Shown here one piece after another: positions 37,668 through 44,940 of a stretch of 64,000 bases of DNA (positions within the stretch are counted from its first letter, which is position 1; the number at the start of each line of letters is the position of its first letter). Under the pieces are notes generated by a model. That model saw nothing but the letters and a program-made list of their open reading frames with translations, was not told where the DNA came from and made no database searches. Source of the stretch: an uncultured Actinomycetes bacterium. GTDB taxonomy: Bacteria; Actinomycetota; Thermoleophilia; UBA2241. A program made the position numbers and the translations under genes. The stretch lies in contig CAWJRV010000038.1 in NCBI GenBank assembly GCA_963845355.1, positions 13,590 to 77,589 of the forward strand, read 5' to 3'.

Positions 37668-38685
37668 TTGCACGCATTCGATCGAACGAAAATGCCTCGC
37701 AAGTGGTTGGCCCGGGCAGCCGCGCTTTCTGCCGTGGTGCTCGTGGTCGTCGCTGCGGCCGCCTGCGGCTCGAGTTCGAGTTCGTCAGCATCCACGAGCC
37801 CCAGCCCGAGCGCGGCGACTGCCAGCAAGACCCTGATCGTCTTCGGCGCCGGCACGCTGGCCAACCCCTTCACCCAGGATGATCGCCGCCTTCAAGGCGG
37901 CAAATCCCGGCGTCACCGTGAACTCCCACTTCGGCGCCAGCGGCGACGATGTCAAGGATATCACCCAGCTCGGGCAGCCCGCCGATGTGCTCGGCGTCGC
38001 CGACTACTCGCTGATTCCCAGCGAGATGTTCAACGTCAACGGGAAGAGCTACGCGAGCTGGTACATCGGCTTCGTCTCCAACCAGATCACCTTCGCCTAC
38101 ACAGCCACAGCAAGGGCGCCGCGCAACTGACGGCCAGCAACTGGTACAAAGTCCTGGCCGAGCCCGGGGTGCGCATCGGTCGCTCCAACCCGGCGGCCGA
38201 TCCCTCCGGCTATCAGATCCTTCAGGCGCTCAAGCTGGCGCAGAGCTACTACCACGACCCGAACTTTCGGCCTCGGTGCTGAAGAACTCACCCAGCTCCT
38301 CCGAGGCCGAGACCGAGACCTCGTTGCTCGGCGCCCTGCAGAGCGGCCAGATCGACTACCTGGCGATCTACCGCTCCGACGCCCTGCAGAACCACCTGAA
38401 GTACATCCATCTGCCCGCCGCAGATCAGCCTCTCTGACCCCGCTCTGGCCAAGTCCTATGCGACCGTAAGCGTGCAGGGCCCGACGGAATGGTCACTGGC
38501 AAGCCGATCATCTACGGCTTGACGGTTCCCAGCAACGCTCCCAACTCGGCCCTCGGCGAGCAGTTCGTCGCCTTCGTTCTGGGCCCAAGGGCCAGGCGAT
38601 CATGCGCGCCAACGGTTTCGTGGTCATCTCTCCAGCGCTGGCCAGCAGCACGAGCGCCGATTCCGGCGTCACTCGAGCTCGCTGA
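37668..38685 (+). pseudogene. molybdate/tungstate ABC transporter substrate-binding protein (WtpA/ModA type), multiply frameshifted
   Basis: TTG after GAGGAGGAAG with lipobox VVAAAACGSS. The recognisable sequence hops frames: TLIVFGAGTLANPFTQ | MIAAFKAANPGVTVNSHFGASGDDVKDITQLGQPADVLGVADYSLIP...ITFAYTA | AQLTASNWYKVLAEPGVRIGRSNPAADPSGYQILQALKLAQSYYHDPNF | ...LLGALQSGQIDYLAIYRSDALQNHLKYIHLP | QISLSDPALAKSYATVSVQG | VTGKPIIYGLTVPSNAPNSALGEQFVAFVLGP | KGQAIMRANGFVVISPA. Confidence 0.8.
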
Positions 38686-38716
38686 CCAAGGCCGTGGCCG
38701 AAGTAAGAGCTGTGTC

Positions 38717-39606
38717 ATGACTGATTCTCGGGCCACCGCCGAACATCCAGGTGTAGCCGGCGGTGGCCCGGCCGACAGATCGGCGGGCCGGCGCCCGCCG
38801 CGGTGGCCTTCCGGCCTGTTCCAGGCACTGCTGTGGTTGGCTCAGCGGCTTGCTGATTGCCTTCATCGTGCTGCCCATCGTGCGCCTGGCGGCGACTTCG
38901 TCGCCCTCTAGCCTGATCAGCGCGGCAAGCGAAGCCGAGGTACGTAACGCCATCGTCTTGAGCCTGCAGGATGCGGCGATCACGGCCGTGATCGCCACCC
39001 TGCTGGGCGTGCCGCTTGCCTACCTGCTCGCCCAGCGTCGCATCCCCGCGCCCGGACTCGTGCAGGCCATCGTCGATCTGCCACTGGCGGTGCCGCACAC
39101 GGTGGCTGGCATCGCCCTGCTCGTTCTTGCTGGGGCGCACCGGCTGGGTCGGTGCCCCGGCGGGGCACCTCGGCGTGTCCTTCTACGGGTCACAGTGGGG
39201 CATCGTGGCAGCCATGCTTTTCGTCAGTGCGCCGTTTGCCGTCAACAGCGCGCGGGTCGCCTTCGAGGCGATCGACCCCAATCTCGAACGCGCCGCCCGC
39301 AGTCTGGGCGCCACTCGCGCGCATACCTTTCGTCGCATCACGCTGCCGTTGGGCGCCCGCGGCGTGCTCACCGGTGCCGTGCTGGTATACGCACGTTCGA
39401 TCGCCGAGTTCGGCGCTGTGGTGATCATCGCCTACTACCCTGTCACGGCGCCCGTCGAGATCTACAATCTGTTCCTGCGTTCCGGTCTGGCGGCTGCTTC
39501 GTCAGCCTCCGTGCTGCTGCTGATCGTGGCGCTGGCGACCTTCCTCGTGCTACGCACTCTGGCCTCTGGCCGCTGGCTGTGGATCGCTGACCGTGGCCCT
39601 CGCTGA
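38717..39606 (+). pseudogene. ABC transporter permease (molybdate/tungstate type), frameshifted
   Basis: Three frames are needed: MTDSRATAEH.. | LLIAFIVLPIVRLAATSSPSSLISAASEAEVRNAIVLSLQDAAITAVIATLLGVPLAYLLAQRR...VDLPLAVPHTVAGIALL | LLGRTGWVG...AMLFVSAPFAVNSARVAFEAIDPNLERAARSLGATRAHTFRRITLPLGARGVLTGAVLVYARSIAEFGAV (EAA-loop region). Confidence 0.8.
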
Positions 39607-40686
39607 CAGCGGCCTGGTCATCGAGGGCGTCAGAGCGCGCGCCGGCTCATTCGAGCTTGGCCCGATCGATCTCGACGTGAAATGTGATCGCGTGCTGGCG
39701 GTCCTCGGGCCCTCCGGTGCTGGCAAGACGATGCTGCTCGAGACGATCGCCGGCTTTCGCGCGGCTGCTGGCGGGCGCCATCTCGCCTGGGCGGCAGGCA
39801 GCTGGGGCGGCTGCCCCCGGAAGAGCGCGCCATCGGCTTCGTCTTCCAAAACGCAGCCCTGTTCCCGCACCTGTCGGTGCGCGACAACGTGGGCTTTGCC
39901 CTTCGCGCCCGCGGCGAGCGCCACTACGGCAGCGCGTTGACGCGCTGCTGGCTCGCTTCGAAATCATGTCACTTGCCGAGCGATCACCTGCGCTCACTGA
40001 GCGGCGGCGAGCGTCAGCGCGTGGCTCTGGCGCGAGCGCTGGCCGCGGCACCCGGGCTGCTCCTCTTGGACGAACCGCTCTCGGCGCTCGACCGACCCAC
40101 GCGCGACGATCTGCGCATCGTCCTGCAAGAGCTGCTTGGCGGACTGGGGATCCCGGCTATCCACGTCACCCACGACCGCGACGAGGCGCTCAGCATCGCG
40201 GACCAGGTCGCCGTCGTTGTCGCTGGGAAGGTTCGCCAACTGGCCGGTGCCCACGAGATCGTTGCTCAGCCGGCAGATGACACCTGCGCGCGGCTGCTGG
40301 GCTGGTCCGAGCTTGGTGTCGGACGCCTCGATCACGGCGTGCTGACGGTAGGTGCCCTCGTGCTCCCCGCTCACGGCGCTCTCGACGGCTGGAATGGTCC
40401 GGTCTCAGTCTTCTACCGGCCTGAGTCTGTGCTTCTGGGCGTCGAGGCCGCAGGAAACCCCGGCGGCGCAGCGTTCGAGGCCACGGTCGATCGCGTCCTA
40501 CCGACGACGCCGCTTGCTCGAGTCGTTCTTGGGGGCGAGACGGCCATGACCGCTCTGCTACTAGCACGCGACCTGGGGCCGCTGGACCTGCGACCTGGAG
40601 CATCAGTCAAGGTCGGGCTGCCGCCGGGCTCACTGTGCATCTTCCCGCTGGCTGATGTGCGCGACGGATCAGACCCGGTCGACTGA
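39593..40686 (+). pseudogene. ABC transporter ATP-binding protein, frameshifted
   Basis: Walker A LGPSGAGKTMLLETIAGF is in one frame. LPPEERAIGFVFQNAALFPHLSVRDNVGFAL is in a second. RVDALLARFEIMSLAERSP is in a third. It then returns to LSGGERQRVALARALAAAPGLLLLDEPLSALD...HVTHDRDEAL. The GTG start overlaps the permease stop. Confidence 0.8.
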
Positions 40687-40926
40687 TTCTTTGCTCCACG
40701 ACGGTGGCGTAGCGTTACGCTTGGAGAAGCTCGCGGGATAACCGTGCGCCAGGGAAGCCCTGCCGGTGAGTTGCAGGTGAGCTGCGGCATGGCGGCGTCC
40801 GCCATCCTGAGTACTCACGTCCATGGAATCAGGCGACGCGAACTCGACGGGCTTCATGCCTGACCTGCGGCCAGCTTGGCGCGAACCTTACGGCCAACCC
40901 TTCAGCTCCGCCCCTGTTGTGTCGAT

Positions 40927-40967
40927 GTGATTTACATCCTTATCGGAACGTGATTACCATGTATATT
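40927..40967 (+). promoter_or_regulatory. AT-rich patch with a direct repeat and a -10-like hexamer upstream of the TA pair
   Basis: GTGATTTACAT (40927-40937) and GTGATTACCAT (40950-40960), followed by TATATT. This is the only AT-rich stretch for kilobases. Its role as promoter or operator is inferred. Confidence 0.3.
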
Positions 40968-40981
40968 GCCGGGGGATAGCT

Positions 40982-41416
40982 ATGTTGTACGTAGCCAAGA
41001 GTGAAAGGTCGAGGACGATGACTGCTACCAAGTCCAACCTGGGGGAGCTGAATGGGGCGTGCCGCGCCGAGGCGATCAGGCTCGCGTTTCCGGAGCTCGT
41101 GTCGAAGCTGCAGGATCTGCTGACCCCACGACTCGTGGCCTATATCGGTTCAGTTGGTGAGACGCGCGCGGTCCGCCAGTGGGCGGAGGGCTCGCGAAAG
41201 CCGCAGGGTGACGTTGCGCGCCGGTTACGCGAGGCATACGCCCTCGCGTTGTGTATCTCACGAGAAGAGGATATCGAGGCAACTCAAGCCTGGTTTCAAG
41301 GGCTGAACCCGCTGCTCGGTGATGCTGCGCCTGCCCGGCTGCTTCGGGACGGCGACCTTGACAAGGTCGGTCCCATGGTCATCAGGGCTGAACGGCACTT
41401 CCTTGCCGAAGGGTGA
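40982..41416 (+). CDS. Xre/ParS/MbcA-type antitoxin (DUF2384 toxin-binding domain)
   Basis: 144 aa. ...TRAVRQWAEGSRKPQGDVARRLREAYALALCIS...EATQAWFQGLNPLLGDAAPARLLRDGDLDKV. The stop overlaps the GTG of the RES gene (GTGA). Confidence 0.8.
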   Translation: MLYVAKSERSRTMTATKSNLGELNGACRAEAIRLAFPELVSKLQDLLTPRLVAYIGSVGETRAVRQWAEGSRKPQGDVARRLREAYALALCISREEDIEATQAWFQGLNPLLGDAAPARLLRDGDLDKVGPMVIRAERHFLAEG

Positions 41417-42105
41417 CTCTGCTCCTCGACACCGAGGCGGCACCCACTACGCTCTACCGCGTGGGAAACGAACCGGACCCCTGGGATTGGCCGGGTTGGT
41501 CATACATCGGTGGTGAACGGTGGGATGACCCCCGTCGTGAATACCGGGTTCTCTACGCAAGCTACGATCGGGTCGGTGCACTTCTCGAGGTGTTCGCCAA
41601 GTTCCGGCCTGGCCTTGATCAGATAGTGAACGAGAGCGACCCGCATGCTGCGTCTCCCTTTCCAATGGGCGTTGTCCCTGTGGGCTGGCTGTCCCGACGA
41701 GTGATCACAAGGGGCGTCGCGTCCGGCGTGCATGGGCCGCTTGTCAAGGTGGGAGGGGAGCAGTCACTCGCGGCGCTTCGTCGTGCCTCCGATCTCGCCG
41801 CGCTGCTCGTCGCGCACGGGGTCGAGGACCTCGACACGAGCACGATCCGCAGCGCTGACGCAGACGTGACTCAGGCAATCTCAAGGGTCGTATTCGAAGA
41901 GATGCAGGCCAACGGGGACTCCTACGCCGGCATCTACTACCTCTCGCGGTACAGCGACAACGTTCCGAACTGCGCCCTTTTTGAACGCGCAACCGGAGCC
42001 CCTGTTTCGGTGACGCTCTTGGACCGCTCTTCAATCGATCCCGACGACCCCGATGTCAAGAAGGCCTGCTCGTTGCTCGACCTCGAAATGGAGCCGCTCC
42101 ACTAG
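41413..42105 (+). CDS. RES domain toxin (NAD+-targeting family)
   Basis: YIGGERWDDPRREYRVLYASYDRVGALLEVFAKF (R and E regions) and YAGIYYLSRYSDNVPNCALFE (S region). At 230 aa it is longer than the usual RES proteins. Confidence 0.85.
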   Translation: MTLLLDTEAAPTTLYRVGNEPDPWDWPGWSYIGGERWDDPRREYRVLYASYDRVGALLEVFAKFRPGLDQIVNESDPHAASPFPMGVVPVGWLSRRVITRGVASGVHGPLVKVGGEQSLAALRRASDLAALLVAHGVEDLDTSTIRSADADVTQAISRVVFEEMQANGDSYAGIYYLSRYSDNVPNCALFERATGAPVSVTLLDRSSIDPDDPDVKKACSLLDLEMEPLH

Positions 42106-42355
42106 GATGTTCGGGCCGGCGGGGAGGTGGGACAGCTCACAGTAGCTGTCGAAGGACGGCATATGACCTGACTACAGAGCGGGCCCCCGCCGGTCAATCG
42201 CCGACGGGAGCTCGCTGTGCGCGTGCTTGTGCGGTCTGGACGGGAGCAGGTGAACCCAGAGGAGTTCGAGCGGACGGAACTGCCACTGACTTTGCGGGCG
42301 GATCACAAGACCTACCGCCTCGACTGAAGGCCTGATCGAGGGAGACGGACGCCGG

Positions 42356-42736
42356 CTACGGCATGGTGTCGGGGGGCTTGTCTGACACTCGCGAAAGCGT
42401 CTCCACTGTCACCTCGGGGGACTCGTACTGGAGATGGCCCGCCGAATCGCGTTGGACGACATGCGTCTCGAACCTGGGCTTGTGGGTTGCCGGGTCTTGG
42501 AACTTCATCTCCATGATCAACTCGTTGCCGTCTCGCCTGTACAAGCTCGTGTCCAATCCGTGGCCGCGCTGGAGCACATCGACCTGGTAGACACTGTAGG
42601 TCTTGAAGATGCGCACCTCATAGGTGTCCGCCCGCCACGTCCCGACGAACGGATCCTTCGTGGCGCGGAAGGCACCCCCGGAACCGGCCAGCAGCAGGAC
42701 GACAGCAAGAATGGTGAAGTTGGCTATCACGCGCAT
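42356..42736 (-). CDS. secreted small protein (GTW lipocalin-like family, related to 47087 and 47805)
   Basis: MRVIANFTILAVVLLLAGSGGA signal, then DPFVGTWRADTYEVRIFKTYSVYQVDVL. The stretch is lower in GC. Confidence 0.65.
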   Translation of the reverse strand: MRVIANFTILAVVLLLAGSGGAFRATKDPFVGTWRADTYEVRIFKTYSVYQVDVLQRGHGLDTSLYRRDGNELIMEMKFQDPATHKPRFETHVVQRDSAGHLQYESPEVTVETLSRVSDKPPDTMP

Positions 42737-43011
42737 CGTGCGCTCCGAAGTCGCAGTTGGTCACCTTATCGGCAGCGGGGGACCCTGGCGTGAGCCACTT
42801 GCCCGCTTCCTCGATCCGGTGGGCGGGTGGCCCACACTGGTGTCAACGAAGGGCATCAAGCCCAGGCCCATGCGCGTCTTGTGGGGCGTTCTGACGCGAC
42901 TTCGGCAACGGCTTGCTCCGTCGCATATTAAGCAAAGATTAAGAACAATCGTCATTGGTGTTACGCACGCCCTAGAGGCGTCTACGCGAAGGTTGCCGGG
43001 GCAGCCTGATT

Positions 43012-43098
43012 GCGAAGGCACGAAAGGCAAACCGCCTGTGAGGGCGGGGCGCAAAGCCACAGGACTCGGAACACGGGAGTCGGCTGGGTTGCCGCGGC
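43012..43098 (+). promoter_or_regulatory. c-di-GMP class I (GEMM-I) riboswitch aptamer
   Basis: GCACGAAAGGCAAACC-[CCGCC UGUGA GGGCGG]-GGCGCAAAGCC-ACAG-[GACUC GGAACACG GAGUC]-GGCUGGGUUGCCG. It matches the GEMM-I hallmark blocks (GGCAAACC, ACGCAAAGCC, GGGUUGCCG) and the two-hairpin layout of Vc2-type aptamers. Confidence 0.75.
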
Positions 43099-43120
43099 AG
43101 CGCGCGTGACGCTGCAGTAC

Positions 43121-43160
43121 GACCTGTGGCTAGCCGGAGAGGAGCCGCGGGTCGTTTTTT
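43121..43160 (+). terminator. intrinsic terminator (riboswitch expression platform)
   Basis: GACCUGUGGC (43121-43130) pairs with GCCGCGGGUC (43144-43153): 10 bp, two of them G-U. A 13-nt loop, then GUUUUUU. It sits 69 nt before the pilin ATG. Confidence 0.7.
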
Positions 43161-43228
43161 CGTGGTCACCTCGCAAACAGCAGGGTCTGTAAGGTTTCGA
43201 CTCGATTGCGAAGGAGGTGACAACTCAC

Positions 43229-43648
43229 ATGAAGTCATTCACCAAGACCAAGGGCGAAAAGGGGTTCACCCTCATCGAGCTCCTGATCGTGATCATCATC
43301 ATCGGTATCCTGGCGGCGATCGCCATCCCGATGTTCCTGAATCAGAGGGACAAGGCCAAGGACGCCGCCGTCAAGGAGGGCATCCACAGCATCCAGGTGG
43401 GTATCGAGAGCTACGCGGTCGACCACAGCGACGCCTTCCCGGGCACCATCACCGACAAGACGCAGCTCGTCGACGCCAACGGCAACAACTACGTGGACAA
43501 CTGGCCCAAGAACCCGTTCTCCACGACCGGCGCCTACATGCAGAGCGGTACCGACCAGGGCAACTACACCTACACCGACATCCCGGCCTCGAGCACCTTC
43601 ACGCTGCAGGGCCACCTGTCCAACAGCGGACAGTTCCAGGTTCCGTGA
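43229..43648 (+). CDS. type IV pilin (prepilin N-terminal cleavage/methylation domain)
   Basis: ATG after [43 protein letters not shown] is the class III signal. Confidence 0.9.
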   Translation: MKSFTKTKGEKGFTLIELLIVIIIIGILAAIAIPMFLNQRDKAKDAAVKEGIHSIQVGIESYAVDHSDAFPGTITDKTQLVDANGNNYVDNWPKNPFSTTGAYMQSGTDQGNYTYTDIPASSTFTLQGHLSNSGQFQVP

Positions 43649-43674
43649 TCCAGGTTCGTCTGGATTGAGTGCCC

Positions 43675-43710
43675 CGAGGGGGCGGCTCTGCCGGTGCAAA
43701 GCCGCCCCCT
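43675..43710 (+). terminator. perfect 12-bp hairpin between the two pilin genes (no U-tract)
   Basis: GAGGGGGCGGCT (43675-43686), a 12-nt loop, AGCCGCCCCCTC (43699-43710). Confidence 0.35.
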
Positions 43711-43758
43711 CGAACGAGCATCGTGCCGGCAACCGATGGACCAGGGAGGGCAGCTCAG

Positions 43759-44157
43759 ATGAGAAAGCGCGCAGGCCAAAGGGGCTTCACGCTCATCGAG
43801 CTCCTGATCGTGATCATCATCGTCGGTATCCTGGCGGCGATCGCCATCCCGATGTTCTTGAACCAGAGGAACAAGGCCAAGGACGCCGCCGTCAAGGGCG
43901 GCGTGCACGTCATCGAGCTCGGCATCGCAAGCTACGCCATCGACCATGCCGACACGTATCCGGTCGCAGTGTCGAAGGCTACTCTGCTCGACACCAACGG
44001 CAGCTCCTACGTCGACAACTGGCCGAAGAACCCGTGGACGAATGTCGACATGCAGGACAGCTCCAATCTCGGCGACTACACCTACACGCAGATCGGCGGC
44101 GGCACGAACTTCCAGGCCGTGGGCCACATGAGCAGCGGCGGTTGGACAGTCCCGTAG
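43759..44157 (+). CDS. type IV pilin, tandem paralog
   Basis: ATG after [53 protein letters not shown]. It shares YVDNWPKNP with the first pilin. Confidence 0.9.
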   Translation: MRKRAGQRGFTLIELLIVIIIVGILAAIAIPMFLNQRNKAKDAAVKGGVHVIELGIASYAIDHADTYPVAVSKATLLDTNGSSYVDNWPKNPWTNVDMQDSSNLGDYTYTQIGGGTNFQAVGHMSSGGWTVP

Positions 44158-44478
44158 GCGCTGCCGTCGTGACGAGGCATCCGTCGGTCGTAGCGGGCTC
44201 GAACCGCGCTTCACCCAAGTCGACGAGCGGACGGCGCGGCGCGGCGCACAATCCTTCAGGCTCGCCGAGCCACTTCTGCCGTTGCCGTCGCTGGTCTCGC
44301 CCACAGCCCAGCCGTGAGAGGGCAGTAGCGTACCTGTTCACGCCGAACGTTCCGCGCCCATGGTAGCCACGCTTCCACGCCCGCTTCAACCGGGCCGGAG
44401 GACGCTTCTCCAAAGCGGGCTGCGAGTGTCGCTGAGTGTCGTCGGGGCCGCTCCGTACCATCTTCTAGCGCCACGTTC

Positions 44479-44507
44479 GGTTGCAGGAGGGTTGCAAGCG
44501 GGTTGCA
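44479..44507 (+). repeat. three GGTTGCA iterons at 11-bp phasing
   Basis: cGGTTGCAggagGGTTGCAagcgGGTTGCAgaa. The copies start at 44479, 44490 and 44501. Confidence 0.85.
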
Positions 44508-44567
44508 GAAGGCGTTCCGAGAACACCGAGAAATGCATAAAACACCTGCAAATACGCCTGAAATGGG

Positions 44568-44614
44568 TGGTAGCGCATACCGGATTCGAACCGGTGTTAC
44601 CGCCGTGAGAGGGC
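44568..44614 (-). repeat. duplicated 3' half of tRNA-Glu (att-type direct repeat)
   Basis: TGGTAGCGCATACCGGATTCGAACCGGTGTTACCGCCGTGAGAGGGC is identical to 52041-52087. It covers the stretch from the anticodon stem to CCA. Confidence 0.9.
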
Positions 44615-44730
44615 AGTAGCCTTGGTGTCAGGGAGTGCCGCCGAGTGCCTTCAAGTGCCATCTCACGCTTGGCAAACCGAACCGAATTGCCGCCGAGTAC
44701 CACTGAGCGCCACCTAACGCAGCTGCCTTC

Positions 44731-44748
44731 GGTTGCAGGATGGTTGCA
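44731..44748 (+). repeat. two GGTTGCA iterons at 11-bp phasing (left arm of the island)
   Basis: cGGTTGCAggatGGTTGCAaga, in the same orientation as the triplets at 44479 and 51952. Confidence 0.8.
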
Positions 44749-44940
44749 AGACGCCGATGCGTGGCCGAAACCGCGCTACCGAGACGTCCGACTGTGAGGG
44801 CCCTGACCAAGACAGCCACCGCCCTCCATTTTCGCGCGAGCCTACGTTGCACAGCCGCCGCAGAGGTCTAGTATGGATATCGGAGGGGCCTGCGCCGGCG
44901 CGGCTGTGTGCAGCCCGACACGCATCGGTGGGGGGTCGCT

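Larger units (their letters stand above)
44311..44620. mobile_element. miniature (about 0.3 kb) att-only element bounded by the 19-nt junction GCCGTGAGAGGGCAGTAGC
   Basis: The junction is at 44311-44329 and again at 44602-44620. The interior contains three GGTTGCA iterons and the duplicated tRNA-Glu 3' half, with no ORF of its own. Confidence 0.45.

Noticed and set aside
37400-37882. Track ORFs 37400..37873(-), 37404..37646(+), 37543..37791(-) and others over the transporter leader.
   Set aside because: They cover the riboswitch candidate and the 5' end of the binding-protein gene. They have no motifs, and the region is better explained as structured leader RNA plus the lipoprotein signal sequence.
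42215-42330. Short plus-strand ORF VRVLVRSGREQVNPEEFERTELPLTLRADHKTYRLD after the RES gene.
   Set aside because: It is 36 codons with no RBS and no recognisable family. It may be a remnant, but it cannot be supported.
44360-44703. Track ORFs 44360..44608(+), 44386..44703(-), 43979..44461(-) and, at the other end, 51710..52024(-), 51780..52157(-), 51814..52011(-).
   Set aside because: They run through the duplicated tRNA half and the iteron arms. The similarity between the two loci is at the nucleotide level with indels, so the conserved amino-acid stretches (LQPACNP..) are just translated att DNA.
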